This document shows, piece after piece, positions 50,308 through 64,000 of a stretch of 64,000 nucleotides of DNA (within the stretch, counting starts at the first letter, position 1; the number at the start of each line of letters is the position of its first letter). Origin of the DNA: Anthoceros angustus (taxonomy: Eukaryota; Plantae; Anthocerotophyta); assembly GCA_010909165.1 (NCBI GenBank), contig VJWM01000044.1:1-64000 (forward strand), given 5' to 3'. The notes under the pieces are model-generated. The model did not search any database and was not told where the DNA came from. It saw nothing but the letters and a program-made list of their open reading frames with translations. The position numbers were made by a program, and so were the translations under genes.

Positions 50308-53300
50308 TCAGGTTTTCCGGAATCCGGCGGGTGGAAGGCCTGGGAACCGTAGGAATGTCCTGTCACGATGTCCCGGAGCCGTGGGACCTTTCATTGACAA
50401 TCCCGTAGATTTGTTGGAGAAAACTTTTGCGACGAACATGGAACTATGGAAACATTATCCAAGAAAGACGCTTTTGCACGTCAACTTTTTATCAGAAGCT
50501 TGGTCAGCTGAAGCTCACACTAGTAAGGAGGTTCCAACAAACGATGCGTCATGCGATCGATCAGGCTGTGGACGATGACGGCGAGATGCCCAGCTGGGAC
50601 CATTGTGGCATCCGTGTCCCCGTGTCCCCGTGTCCCCGTGTCCGGCATCATGCCCAACATCCTCAACGAATGAAATACAAGATCGTAAACGCTAAAAATA
50701 GCTACAAAACGCTTAAAACGAACACGCCTCCCGAGTCCCGAGACGGACGCCGACGCTGCCCACCTCCCAACCGGTTCCCGGTCTCCCGAGTGTGCACCAT
50801 GCCTATCAGCCGGATGTCATGGCTGCATGCATGCATCTCCCCGTGCACGTACTCCGATAAAGGAGGAAAAGCATTTTATAAATCCATGTGCGATGAGCGC
50901 ATCGCGCATATGACCGTAGGATCTGGAGACTGCCTGCCGACTGTCAGCGTGCAGCTGCAGCAGGACAGCAGGACCTCGCTTCTCGGAAGGATGCTCTCAC
51001 GAGCGTCTTGGCGGCAGCAGGACCTGTTTTCGCGAGGGAGTACAATTGGGGTTACGCCCATAAAACTCCATGAAAGTTGGACAACGTGGAGCCACAGCAT
51101 CCAGCTGCACAAGGATCCGGCTTCTCATAGACGTCTTGCTCTGGATTGCAAAATTATCTCAGGCATTCTCCACTTTTTGAGTTCCCCTTGTTATTCCCAA
51201 CGGATAACGTGTTTGGGTTTGTGTCTGCTGCAGTGGGCACGCTCCCGCACCTTCCACCAACCACCCCACAGTGTAGGATGGACGGAAATCTTTCGTTTTG
51301 TGCTGGAGAGAAGTCGCCCGGTAGGCTCCCTGGTGTGAGTCGCTTTGCGTGAGTAAATAAAGTGATCGCGATTCGCAACCTCTTGTGATTCTACTCCCCA
51401 CCTATCTGCCTATTTTCGTTTCGTTTCCCAAAGCTAGCGGAGTTCTTCGTCTTCGAACTTGTTTGCTCACTTCATTAAGTTTTTATGTATTATAATATAT
51501 TTTACTCCAACCGGTTTCAAATAAGCCAGCAGACTACCTCGACATGCATACATGCGCCCCATATGGTCTGAAGTTTGAAACGGATCGCGGAGAACCGGCC
51601 ACCCCGCGCTCCTCACGGCCCAGCTCAGTCGGACACGATGCCGCTCAAATACCAGACAGACTGGGCAGCAGGAACCGAAATCGAGTAGGGACCTGCTTTA
51701 CGATAAGCAATTGATGGAGAATGTCAGCTGATAAATAGAAGATAAATAGGTTTGTAGGGTGTAAATAAGGGAAATAGCTAATTAACGAGAGATAAATCCC
51801 AAGTAAGTAGGATAATGCGTAGTATATGAAGGTAAATGCTGTGAAAAGGAAGAACCTAAGTAAATTACAATACACTAGGTATAAGAGTGTAATGTAATAA
51901 TTATAAAGATAAAAATAATTTATAACTTTATTTGATAGTAATTACACTGGAAGCCTGAACCCCTATGTAAACCGCGACCCCTATACATACACAATTGCAT
52001 ATAAAAATTGGGATAGGGGGGTAAAACAAATCAACATACATTGAACGTTGGTGGCAGGTGACCTTGTCGTGATGATTGGGGAATGGCGGGATGGACACAG
52101 ATTTTCGTAAAGCTCATCATCTTTTGAAGGCTTGTAGGTAGATTACAGAGAGATTTGCGGCCGTGAATGAGCATGTTTCCTGATTCCCTCGCGCGTTTTG
52201 GCTTTCCCTTGGGTATGTATGTAGATACTGTTGGACGTTGCAGCGGCCTGCATCCGGCATCCGCCATCCGCCATCCGCCCCGCCAACGTTGCTGTTTCCT
52301 CTCTCTCTCTGCTTGTGCTTGTGAAGAGCAGACCAAGTCTGCCCGGCCCGTTTGCTCCCTCCTGTTGTGCTGCACAGCCTCCTCCAGTGCCTGCCCGCCT
52401 AAAGTGCGCCCACCCACACCGGCTCCACCTACCTCGCAGATTGTTGGGTACCCACCTCGAGCCGCTCCTGCTGCAGCCCCGCCCTCACGTCGGGGAATGC
52501 ATTGTGGAATGCAGGATCTGCTCGGTGACTGGTGAGCCCAATCTGCACGCCACGCCGATCGGTACATGGAGCCGGTCTAGGCAGGCTGCGCGGGCGGGAT
52601 GGAGGCGGCCGGGGCCTCCTCCGACGACCCCGAATGCCCGAATTGCAGCGCGAGCACAGGGGCAGGGACAGGGGCAGGGGCAGGCTCTGCGTGGGTGCTG
52701 CCTGCGGCCCGGGCCGGGGCGGGAGCGGCCACTGTCGTCCGCCACTCGAATGCGTCCGGCATGGCATGACATCCGCCGTACGCACCTCTCGTCTCTTCGG
52801 GAGGCCGACGCGTCGATTTGAAATTGGGCTGGCGCATCGGGCGCAGCTGGGCAAGTCGGGGCCTGGAAGTTATGCCGGGTGCTGGAAGGGCAGGGATATG
52901 TTCGCAGACGGTTGCTGGGTTCGCTTTCATACGACCGATGCTTCACCACTCTGTGCAGGAGGCTCCTTGCCTTTCGGCTCCTCGTCTCCGACCTAGTGCG
53001 AGTGATTAGCGGGAAGCTCCCCGGGAATTGTCGTGGCGTTGGAGGGCAGTGAGGCGCAGTTCATCGTCTCGCTTCCTGCGCGGCATGGATGTTGCACCCA
53101 GGATGGACATTGATCGCCTTCGCCACGTGGTTTAGTGCTGTGAACTCAGGAAGCAACCTGAGGGACGAAAGCATTGGAATTGGGTGTCATGGCGCCTGGG
53201 CTGCTATCGGGATGATGACATTGCATGTGTGGAAAACCCGCGCTCGAGCAGGTTGGGTTGCTGCCCAGCTATCTTCGATGCGCTCGCAGTTATACTATAT

Positions 53301-53603
53301 TGGCGTTCTAGTTGTGGATGCTTATTTGAGGTGCGGCAGCTGAGACTATGCCTCAAAAAATGGGGGATTGCGTCGCACATCAATTCTGTAGGGTTTCTCT
53401 TGTTAGATAGCGCACCGGGGGGTGGAATAGCCAGAGGACCTTGCGTGCAAGCCACTGGCAGCTCCCCGTGATTCACATCTACTTCATTGTTGGACACTTC
53501 GTACTGGGATTCAACTACAACCCTGGCACTACCATCAGTCCTGCCAAGTATGGGTTGATGTGGGCAGAATAGTGGTTACCTTACCTGGTTCTGCTGTATA
53601 TAT

Positions 53604-56600
53604 ATGGCCGGGCCATGGATAGCATTCAGCACAAATCTCGCAGAAAACTGGGTGCACTCGGAACAGGGTGTGGCTTTGGAGCCGCAGCCCCATGAAGACA
53701 TGAGAGTGCAAATGGGGATGCCTATTCGTGTGTGGACCATCCATTGTGCTGTTTTCAAGGTATTTATGGCTCCATTTTCCGTCTGTAGAAATGAGATATC
53801 AGCATTTGTTAACAGGAGCTTCCATCTTGCAGGTTGCTGTATTTCTGTTATGGCTGGGTGTCGTGACTGTGAATGCTCACAAGGATCGAGGTCATTGGCA
53901 TGAAGGCTCGCACAGGGGCCATTCACCACAGTCCCATTCTTGCATTCATGATGAGATTTTGGAACAGCGTCGGCGCTCGGGCTGGAAAGAATATACAGTG
54001 ACCCCACAAGTGTATGCCCGTGAGGCTGATGAGCTAGAGAATAGCAAGCGTGGAAGGGTTCTGCTCTCTCTAACCAATGGAGCAGATGTAGAATTAGAGA
54101 GGAGGCAATCTATTCGGATTTTTCTAAACTATGATGCTGTGGGACATTCACCAGAAAGAGACTGTCAAGCAGTTGGAGAAGTAGTCAAGGTGAGAAGCGG
54201 CTAACCTCATGTGGTTTGAAGCCTCACTTTGAGTGTAGTACTACTGCTAAGTGACATTCTGAGTATCTCGTACTTTGACGTGCACTATCAGCTGGTTCTC
54301 CTTCTCAGAAGTAGTGTGACCATCAACATTTCCTGCATCCGTCTGGTTTCTGAATTATCTCATTTTTTTTCTGAACAGTTAGGCGAACCACCTAGTGGGA
54401 CCCCAGGCTCGCCCGCTTGTAGTGCACGTGAACCTACTGTCTATGCAGATTGCTGGTACAATTGTACCCTAGAGGACATCTCAGGAGAGGATAAGAAAAT
54501 GCGGCTGCACGAGGTAGGAATGAAGACCTAGTCTGATGATTATGGTTCGTGGAGTATTGCCTTCAGGTCTTTGCTGATACGTCTCAAGCTGTAGTGCTTA
54601 TGCAGCCTTGCAGACAAAACTCCCTAACATACCATACTTGCAGGCTTTAGGTGAAACTGCTCTATGGTTTAGGAGGGCATTGTCTGTGGAGCCTGTCAAG
54701 GGCCCATTACGTCTGAGTGGCTATTCTGCCTGTGGGCAGGATGGTGGTGTGCAGCTGCCTCGACAATATGTGGACGGTATGCTTTTGTGTAGACCTTGCG
54801 AGTCTAGTGGACTATCATGACGTGTGCTGTGGTTTGAAGACAATGTTTTCAATGTGTGCAGAGGGAATTCTGGATGCTGATCTTGTCCTGCTCGTAACTA
54901 CAAGACCTACGACAGGGAACACTCTTGCCTGGGCTGTGGCCTGTGAGCGGGATCAGTGGGGACGAGCCATCGCAGGTTTCTAACGGAATCTCCCATGCCT
55001 TGCAGTCCTGGACCAATATGCCTTCATTGAGAATGATCTGCAGCTTGTGTGTTGGTCACCACAGGTCATGTGAATGTTGCTCCCAAGCACCTCACTGCTG
55101 AGGCTGAAACCTTGTTGTCAGCCACTTTGATACATGAGGTGAGTTGGCCTGAAGTGAGGGGTTCTGAGAAGTCATTGGTTGTGCCTTACGTGAAAAATTT
55201 GTTGGAAGTTCAGTTTCCCCCCCCCAGTTCGTGCCCTTTCCATTGTGATTGAAGGACTAAGATAGTTTTGGTTCAGGTTATGCATGTACTTGGCTTTGAC
55301 CCACATGCTTTTGCACATTTCCGAGATGAACGGAAACGCAGAAGAACAAGGGTAACCTCTTTTTGCTTCAATTGCTTTGATGTCTGTATCAGATTTCCAT
55401 TGTGAGGTGATGATTTCAGTAGTTAAGGTGCAGGGTACAGGCTTGAACACAGCGAGTTTGCTTGAAACCTGAGAGTGTGGCCTGTGTAGACATTACAGCT
55501 ACAGGCCACATAATACATTATTCTCTTCCCTTAAAGCGTCATTCATAGTGCCTGGATGAGCTTGTGCTCTGTGGGCCTTCAGGCTCATATGCTTTGATTT
55601 GCTGTGGTCAGGTTGTTACACAAGACTACGATGTGAAGCTTGGACGTATGGTCACTAGAGTAGTCCTGCCCCGAGTGGTTATGCACTCAAGAGAGCATTA
55701 TGGGGTAAGTATATGTGGCAATGCTTTAGGTTTGAAGCCTTAGGATGTCTCTGCAGTTCTCTGAGCCTCTCTGTGGCACAGGCTTTTACTGAAGAGTTTG
55801 CAGGATTAGAGCTTGAAGACGGGGGTGGCCGTGGGACTGCAGGTCTCAAAAACTTACTCCCATAGTTTTCTGCTGATATTTTGCTCACAGCAAACTGCTG
55901 ATTCCTCAGCAGTTTGCTGTGAGTGCCGCTGCTAAGTGGCTTTGCCTTTCCCCTTGACAGGATCTCACTGGGAAAAGAGACTGCTTATGAATGAGATAAT
56001 GACTGGTTCTGTTGACACACGATCGGTGGTGTCACCAATGACTCTGGCTCTGTTAGAGGATAGTGGGTGGTATCGTGCAAACTTTAGCATGGCGGAACCA
56101 CTTGATTGGGGTCGGAATCAAGGAGGCGACTTCTTGACATCGCGGTGTGATATGTGGAAGGGGGCATATCACTGCAATTCAACGCATTCTTCAGGTTGTA
56201 CATATAATAGAGAAGCAGAGGGCTACTGTCCTATTATGAGGTACAATGGGGAGCTGCCAAAATGGGCTCGGTATTTTCCCGATGCCAACAAAGGTTAGTC
56301 CAGATACAATATTCCATGAGCTGCATTTTCTAGTGATCTCCTTGTCTGAAAGCCCTCCTATGTCCATTGCCAGGTGGGCAATCCTCTCTTGCAGATTACT
56401 GTGCATATTTTGTCGCGTACTCCGATGGATCATGCATTGACACCAGTAGCGCCCGGGCTCCAGACAGGATGCTAGGAGAAATCCGAGGCAGGGACTCTAG
56501 GTAGCGACCATTCTATAAAGTCCTATCATTGGTCTCATTTTCTATTACGTGACCCCTGAAGCCTATCACTATGGTTGTAGGTGCATGGCATCATCGTTAG

Positions 56601-58581
56601 TACGAACTGGATTCGTTAGGGGAGCCCTTACCCAAGGAAATGGATGCTACCAGCACAGGTGCTTCAATGGCTCTCTAGAGGTAAGTGATGCACACCCCAA
56701 CATGACGGCAGGTATTGTAGACGTTAATTCCCAGGACGAGTCCATCTGATCCACTCGTATGCCTGGACCCTTCAGGTTGCGGTAGATGGTATATGGAAGC
56801 CTTGTCCTGGAGATGGTGGTCCAATCCAGTTCTCTGGGTTCAATGGTTGGTCTCTCAAACTCGTTTTCCAAGTGACCGGGCGGTGTCAAGCCACGAGAAC
56901 TTCGTGAGCTTGAGGTTTTCATTTGTGTGTTCTTGATGGGCTAACGCAGCAAATTATGGTTGTTGCTGTGCAGGAGAGTTGATATGCCCTCCTTACCATG
57001 ATCTCTGTGACAAAGCATCTGAGCCTATATCAGGGGAGTGCTCAAACTCGTGTAACTGGAATGGCGAATGCATCAATGGAACTTGCAACTGCTTTCTTGG
57101 TTTCACTGGAGAGGACTGCAGTGGAAGTGAGTCTGCGCAAGTCTCCCTCTTCTTGGCCGTGACCGGTCTTTTTTACCGATGTGTTTTTCTAAGATGTTCT
57201 GTTCCTATCAGATATTTGTCATCTGTTTGCGTTCCGATGAGTACCTTTAGAGTATGGTTGGGTCCAAATCTTTGAACTCTTCATTGGGCTTTTTGCAGGA
57301 ACTTGTCCAGATGACTGTGGTCATCATGGAACATGTACGTCAGCGGGAATTTGTGAATGTGACTCAGGTTATACCGGAGTAGACTGTTCAACAGGTATAG
57401 ACATGTTCCAAGCTTTTTCTCTGACCTTTGCAGAAAGCTTTATTTGAGAATCTAATTCTGAAATCAAAAGGCTGACTTATGAAAGCTCATAGTATTTGCT
57501 TAGACACTTTCGCTAAGCGTTCCGGGATTGAGCATCTTTTTCTTGACGGTTCACCTCTACCTGGCATCTATTTCGCTGTTTATGGAGTCTGTTATAGCGG
57601 GTACCCGAGAAAGACCATGTCGGGATGATAGTTTTAGAGGCACATCGAATAAAGAATTAGGGCGTGTTCTAATCTATTCCTCTTGTGAAGCTGGTTGTGA
57701 TGAGCAGTGCAGCCTGCACGGCGGAGTCTGCGACAATGGCATCTGCGAGTTTCGCTGCTCTGACTACGCAGGATATACGTGTCAGAACAGCAGCTCGTTG
57801 ATCGCCAGCCTTGCATTATGTGGAGACGTGCTTGTGGGGGAAAAGCAAGGACAACATTGCGCCCCAAGTGAAGCAAGCATTCTGCAGCAACTAGAAGCAG
57901 CCGTGGTATTGCCAAACTACAATCGGCTCATGCCAAGTGGGCGCCCATTCTTTGCAGTGTTGGATAATGGATATTGCGCAGCTGCCGCGAAGCGGTTGGC
58001 TTGCTGGGTAAGGGTTTCCGAAACACGGGCTTACTCTGCATGTTAATTTGTAAACCTGGTGTGGGGGCAAAGTGGTCATTTGTTGTTGTCGCCTCATATC
58101 TGCTACAATTATGATACTGCAGATATCCATTCAGAGATGCGACAGTGATGGAGATAACAGACTTCGGGTGTGCCATTCCGCTTGTCAATCCTACAACACA
58201 GCTTGCGGAGCTCGGTTAGATTGTTCAGACCGCACTCTGTTCAGTGGAGAGGAGGGAGATGGGGAGGGTACGTGTACAGGTGATGGAGCAGTACGACCAT
58301 GGTGGCAACTCCATTTTAGGACTTTCCTTCTCCTAGGGCTTCTCATCGCGACAGCCTGCTTCTTCTTGGGTGCTATCCGACATATTTGTCGGAATTTTTG
58401 GAGTTCAAGGGGTGTTAAATGCCTGCCGGGTGCATATGTTGCCTTGGAGGGCGAACTAGGAGCGTTGAGATGGTGGGGCCAAGGTCATGGTTCCGTCAGG
58501 GAGATGCTTCTTCCGCCATCGAGTAGTGTAAACAGACCAGCCTCTGTAGTGAGGGCTAGCTTGGAATCTGGAGAGCTGTGA
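53604..58581 (+). CDS. Leishmanolysin-like zinc metallopeptidase (M8/GP63/invadolysin) with C-terminal EGF-like repeats and TM segment
   Basis: HSCIHDEIL; ADLVLLVTTRPTTGNTLAWAVACERDQWGRAIAG; TLIHE|VMHVLGF (HEXXH); LEDGGGRGTAGSHWEKRLLMNEIMTG; LALLEDSGWY; Cys-rich EGF-like exons. Start may be 53604 or 53700. Confidence 0.93.
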
Positions 58582-59217
58582 TCTTCATTATGTATCATCA
58601 TCTCAAGAGCATTCTGAAAATTGTTCATCGAAAGAGGAAGTTCCTTCAAATATTGGTACACCTTCGAAGCTTCACATGATGTCGGAACGGGGTCAAGGTG
58701 GTTGCGCTATATATATAGATTGCACTTTGCGTGGCTTGAGTTCATGAAAATCATCTTTTACTGATAAGCATAGTGGCATACCCCTCTACAGGCGCTGATA
58801 AACAAGGAATCTGTTGTTGCTTTTTCATCAGGTGTAAGTGCGAAAGCAGAGACTTTTGTTCCCGACGGGAGAGGTAGTAGGTAGAAATCGTGATGTTTCT
58901 TTCTCCGTATCTGCCTACTGGTGGAGTATTTGTATGTACGAACGAATGAAGAGGTGGAAGTTGCTATGTACATACAAAAATTGATATTTGAGCACAATAA
59001 TAAAAAAAATGGATTTAATTAGCCAAAGTGGCGTGTCTTTTTCAATAAATTTCATTCTATCCTACTTAGTTCAGAATCCTACTTCCTATGTACACCTAAA
59101 ACTCCGATCCCAATAGCTAGACATTAGACCATATCCATATTCGTATTGAGAGGTATAACTTACCAAAATGTTTGAAAATTATAACTGACCAAAAAGCAAG
59201 ACAATGGAAAAACCTTC

Positions 59218-61159
59218 TCACGACACCAGTTTGGTAGTTTCAGGCTTGGGCTCGGCAACACTTCCGGCAGCGGCTGCTGCTGCCTTGGCCTTCTCCACAT
59301 CGACATCCCGATATTCTGCTGGTGGCAACACTCGTCTCCAAAACCAGTGTGCCCTCCATACATGGATCATCTCCTCAATGGGAACATTTCTTGTCTCAGG
59401 CAAGAAGAAGTAGATGAAGAGCGACATGATCACCACCCAACCGGCGAAGAAGAGGAAGATGCCATACTTGAAATGGCACAAAATTGAAAGAAAAGCTTGC
59501 GCAATGACGAAGGTGAAAACCATGTTGACAGTGACGTTGATGGCTTGGCCGGCAGACCTGGTCTCCAAAGGAAAGACCTCGCTGGGAACCAACCATCCCA
59601 AAGGTCCCCAGGACCAGGCAAACGCTGCTACGTAGACACATATGAGAATCACCACTACAATCGCAACGCCATTAGACAGTTCCTTCGCACCCCCAAACTC
59701 AGTGGCCAGAATGACTCCGATCGCCACCTGATATAGCCACAGAAGAGGACAGGGCAGCCAATAAGAACAGGCAAGCTGAAAGAGGACCATGCAGAGCTGG
59801 TGTTCGAGCGGTTACCTGTGCAAGAAACATTTGCACGCCAGCCTCCAGGAAGAGTTTCCGCCTGCCGAATTTGTCGACTGTGGCGATGGACACCAGGGTG
59901 GCAACCACGTTCACTGCTCCGGTAATGACAGACGAGTAGAGCGAGGCGTCGCTCCCGAAGCCAAGCGTCTGAAATAGCACCGGGGCGTAAAACATGATGG
60001 CGTTGATTCCGGTCAGCTGCTGGAAGAAAGGGATGAAAGTGGCCATGGCGAGCTGGGGACGGTTCTTCCTCTCCAAGATGTTCCTGAAGGGAGCCTCCAC
60101 TTCGTTGGCGATGGCGCTGGCATTCACCAGGTCGTCATACTCCTCGTCCACGCTTTCGACGCCCCGGATTTTGAGTAAGAGCGCCTTGCCCTCGACAAGT
60201 TGGCCTCTCTCAATCATGCTATTGGGAGTGTCGGGCAGCAAAAAGCCTCCGAGGGTCATCAGTATGGCTGGCACTCCAGCCAGACCCAAGGACAACCTCC
60301 AGCCCCACGGGTGGATTTTGCTGGTGCCGTAATTGATGAGGTTAGCGCACAGGATGCCGATCGTGATGGCAAGCTGGAACATGATGTTCAACGCTCCCCG
60401 GATACTGGGGGGAGCCATCTCGGACAGATAAAGAGGCACAGACTGCATGCACAGGCACCAACACAAACTTTGAGCTGAGCGTAGCCCAAAACTCTACGCA
60501 ACAGGCAGCAACAGGATTTGAACATCATCCTGAAGAAGAGATTCTGCGCAACAGAAAAGGATCGAACGAAAGGGACTCTTCGCAACAAGAGCATTGAAGG
60601 ATAGAAGCTCACTTGATTGCCAAAACCAACTCCCACACCAAGCATGATTCTACCAATGATAAGCATCGCTAAGTTCTGTGCCGCGCCATTGAGAGCAGCA
60701 CCGATGAGAAAACTGATGCCACCAATTCGGATGGATGGGATGCGCCCATACAGCCGGGTCACATGGGACGCCACAATCGAAGCCACCAGCGCCGCCAAGT
60801 ACAAAGACGAAGTGAAGAGCTGGAGAGCTTGATTGTCATATTTACAGTAGTCGGAATCAGCCGAAGCAAAAGAGTGCTTCCGCCTGAACACCGTCGGGAA
60901 GAACTTCTTAAGGAAGTCGTCCATCCCAGTTACTCCCCCTGAAAACACAAACGAACCAAGCCTCAGTCTCACATTCGCAACACGCACCTTCACCCCCGAT
61001 TCCTCTCTCCACCCACAAACGCAACGCACCTGAAATTCCGATATCATAGCCGAAGATGAGGCCTCCGCTGGCCGCAACAATACACGTGATCACCACAAAG
61101 GGAGTGACTTTGGCCGGATACTGACGCACCGACCCAACAACCAGTCCGCCCCCCGCCAT
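59218..61159 (-). CDS. STP: Sugar transport protein (STP/MST hexose-proton symporter, MFS), 4 exons
   Basis: MAGGG...[16 protein letters not shown]; FTSSLYLA; [18 protein letters not shown]; [15 protein letters not shown]; [24 protein letters not shown]; [12 protein letters not shown]. Confidence 0.96.
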
Positions 61160-63505
61160 GGCTCCACCGTGGCGAACAGGGCACCGCAATGCAAAGCCGA
61201 GGCGGGCAACACAGCAACAGCAACCCAGAAGACCTCTCACCACACAGAAGAGAAGAACCACACAAGAGGGAAGAAGAGGCTACTTGAGCCTGTCGAACAA
61301 GGCGCTACGGCAGCGAGGGAATTGAGGGAACTGAGGCCTGCCGAAGTCGAGGCCGGGAAGGGCAAGCAGGGGGGGCGGCAGCGGAGACGAGAAAGGAAAC
61401 TCCCGACAGAATCCTTCCTCCCGGGCTGGATATATAGCCGGAGGAGGCTGCCCAAAGCCTGGCGCGGCCATCATCCTGCTCATGCTAATCCACTTTGCAT
61501 GCACAAATTTGCTTCCAAAAATGTCGATAATTCGGATTAATAGATGCGGTGTCGGCGGACAGCCATCGGGATGTGGCAACCAAAGGAGCCGAACGAGCAG
61601 GAGAGAGAATATCGCGCTCTCTTACACGATACTCTCGCTCTACAACATCTTCCCGTTTCGTTCCGGCTTTCGGCCGGTTCAGCGTTCAGCCGAGCTGATG
61701 CGACAGCTCTTGCCGTTCCCGCTTCCGTTCACTGCATTCCTTTTCCGGCGACCGGTCCGGTCCCGGCCGCCCGGTCGGGCGACACCGGTGGCGAGAGCCG
61801 TTGCCCGCAGGTTGCGGCTGGCAACCCGAGGTGCCGTTGCGCCGGAGCGGGCCCATGCGCTTCGCGGATTTCGGAACGTTTGCGCCACCCTGATTTGCCG
61901 GAATCCATCCAACGTGGTCCGAACGGGCGTTGGGACTCGGAAATGCAGAGCGCGGATTTTCTGGCACCATGTAAATCCCGGCGAGCCGCACAAGGAACGT
62001 TGCGTTGGGGGACGAAAACTGGTGCGCGTGTGTGAACGCCGGACTGGAACCGGTTCCGTGGTAGCGGCAAAGAAGCCGCATGTCATTTGACCGGTTGACG
62101 CGCCGCGGATGCCATCCGGCCGGTAAAGGCAAGCTCATCTTGGGCGACACGTTGGCCGAGCATGATGAGTCGAGTTGGCGCTCGGCCTTTCCCTTTCGAT
62201 AGGGCAAGGTGGGAAAGTTGCGTAAAGGGAAACCTTATCCTCCCTTGCTGCTTGATGTGGACGCTCGGTCTGGAGTTTCTTTGAACGGAACGGGAACGGT
62301 GACGGGGTCGGCCGGTCTGGCGTCTGGCATCCTCCATCCTTGTCTCTTCGTACTTTACGCGACCAAAGACTTTCCTTCCTGTACTGCCAAAACAGCTTGA
62401 CGCGACCTCATACCAGAACATATCAGGCGGTGACAGGTAACCCGTAACAGATTTTTCCAAGTGTGCCTACCTTCCTAAAATAGAATTACTCCTTTAGATA
62501 ATGATCCAAGAAAATAATGTGGGCAGTGTGACGTCGTTTCTTGCATGCTTTTGTAGGTATATATAATATTTTTTTATTGATTTAGACCTGGATACCTACC
62601 ACATAATGGTTGACATCTTTATAAAAAGACTGCTCTATTTTCGAAAAATCATACTTTTTCAGACAGACTCTTAGTGGACTCTCCGCACTTGGGGGAAGGA
62701 ATACCACGTTTCAAGCTATTTTTGTACATATTTTATATTATTTATATCTATATTTTAATAATTGACTTTTAATAAAATTTAATTGTGAAGAATCTTTTAA
62801 AATAAAATAAATTAGAAAGAAAAATTTCAAGTTCACCAATCCAAAGTTGATGTAGACCACAAGCATGTGTACTGTCAATACTAGTCTACTTATGAGGCAG
62901 ATTTTTTAGTGGCATGCATTAACTTCCCATCTATGAAATAAACGGAAAGCTGATCTAATCGATTGAAAAGTTACCACACTCTCAGATTTCCCAAATATGT
63001 CAGGCTTCTTTGAGTTCCAAATCCGCTACTGCTAAATTATTGTTCCCCTTTTCGTACTCTCACTCCGAAGCCTTATCCTCTCTCTCCCCCTCATGTCTTG
63101 AGTCCATGGTGGGCTTAGTTGTGGTGCTTGATTTTGAACTTGCTCGTTCGCGATAGAAAATAAATCACATGTAAGTGTGCGTATACATACACCTTTAAAG
63201 ATAGAGCAGAATCAAATAGTTGAGAAAAACTATATCAAGCACGGGTAGGTAAAGAGAGTGGGTTCTTGAGTGTGAACATTAGACCTGGAATTTCACAATC
63301 GGGCCACCAGTGAGTCCATTCCATCATCCGTACTACTACAAGAAGCGTGAACTTTAAATTTGTTCCTTCAGTTTTCTTGCTAATATAGTAACAATAGTGT
63401 TTATCAAGTGATAAATCTATGGTGGAGACTAACTGGTATCAAGTAAGAATAGTAAAAGCAAGCTCAAAATGTAGATAAGCTGGAATAACCTTTGTCCAAT
63501 GACCT

Positions 63506-63701
63506 GCTATTCAGCCTAGAAGTAGCATAAATAGTGAATAAAATAAGTCTTCTTTATTGACTTTATACTATCATTGTAATTAGTTATGAATGATCTCCAA
63601 AAGTTTTAAACTTCATGTAACATGTTAGGTTCAGGTTATGTAATTTGGGGTTGATTATGTACCATACATTAGCTATTCAGCCTAGAAGTAGCATAAATAG
63701 T
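63506..63701. repeat. 30-bp exact direct repeat in the AT-rich flank
   Basis: gctattcagcctagaagtagcataaatagt at 63506-63535 and 63672-63701. Confidence 0.85.
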
Positions 63702-64000
63702 TCATGGTTCCAACCTCAATAAAGTTAGAAAAAAAAAGTGAAAGAAATATTTCGTTTCACCTTTGTCATGGATATAGGAATGCACTTGCAAATTTTGTGG
63801 AGAAGAGTGAGGATATTAATTGAGTGAATATCTTGTAATAAAGTCAGATGTACATATGTACATCTGACAATATTAAACTTTATTATAATATAAAATACAT
63901 TAAAATACGTTGGCTGGACATTCTAGAAGAATTACGAGTAGAAATGTATTTGCAAGGAGCCTATATATAAAGGCCAAGTTAGCCTGGAGATAATAATGGC

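Noticed and set aside
50427-53010. 303-aa and other overlapping ORFs downstream of eIF2A
   Set aside because: No recognisable motifs. They include a gtgtcccc micro-repeat and GC-rich promoter-like sequence upstream of the M8 peptidase.
61169-62460. Overlapping ORFs upstream of STP
   Set aside because: GC-rich promoter/UTR sequence with no domain signatures.

Overview
Eukaryotic nuclear DNA from a compact, gene-dense, non-seed land-plant-like genome. Introns are short, and an intraflagellar-transport gene is present, so the lineage has flagellated sperm; a hornwort/bryophyte origin is my inference only. Conserved multi-exon genes: QWRF/AUG8-family microtubule-associated protein (-), MAPKBP1/WDR62-like WD40 protein (-), CAAX/CPBP intramembrane protease (+), IFT56/TTC26 (-), EMC1 (-), eIF2A (+, with two U12-type-looking introns), leishmanolysin-like M8 peptidase (+) and an STP hexose transporter (-). 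Accessory content between them is the most interesting part. (i) A secreted vanadium-haloperoxidase/PAP2-family enzyme with a complete active-site signature lies directly behind a small secreted protein with 33-aa repeats and dibasic sites. (ii) An intronless secreted gene encodes a beta-trefoil-like domain, an SPPPP extensin linker and a fascin-like domain; it is broken by a single-base frameshift. (iii) An old tandem duplication of the convergent CAAX-protease/IFT56 3' ends shows reciprocal decay, and the IFT56 relic is now in frame behind a LINE ORF1 zinc knuckle. (iv) There are also decayed TEs (CRE-like RT, LINE ORF1, hAT), interleaved inverted repeats and a probable decayed LRR array. 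Gene boundaries were read by eye. Family calls rest on motif recognition, not database searches.
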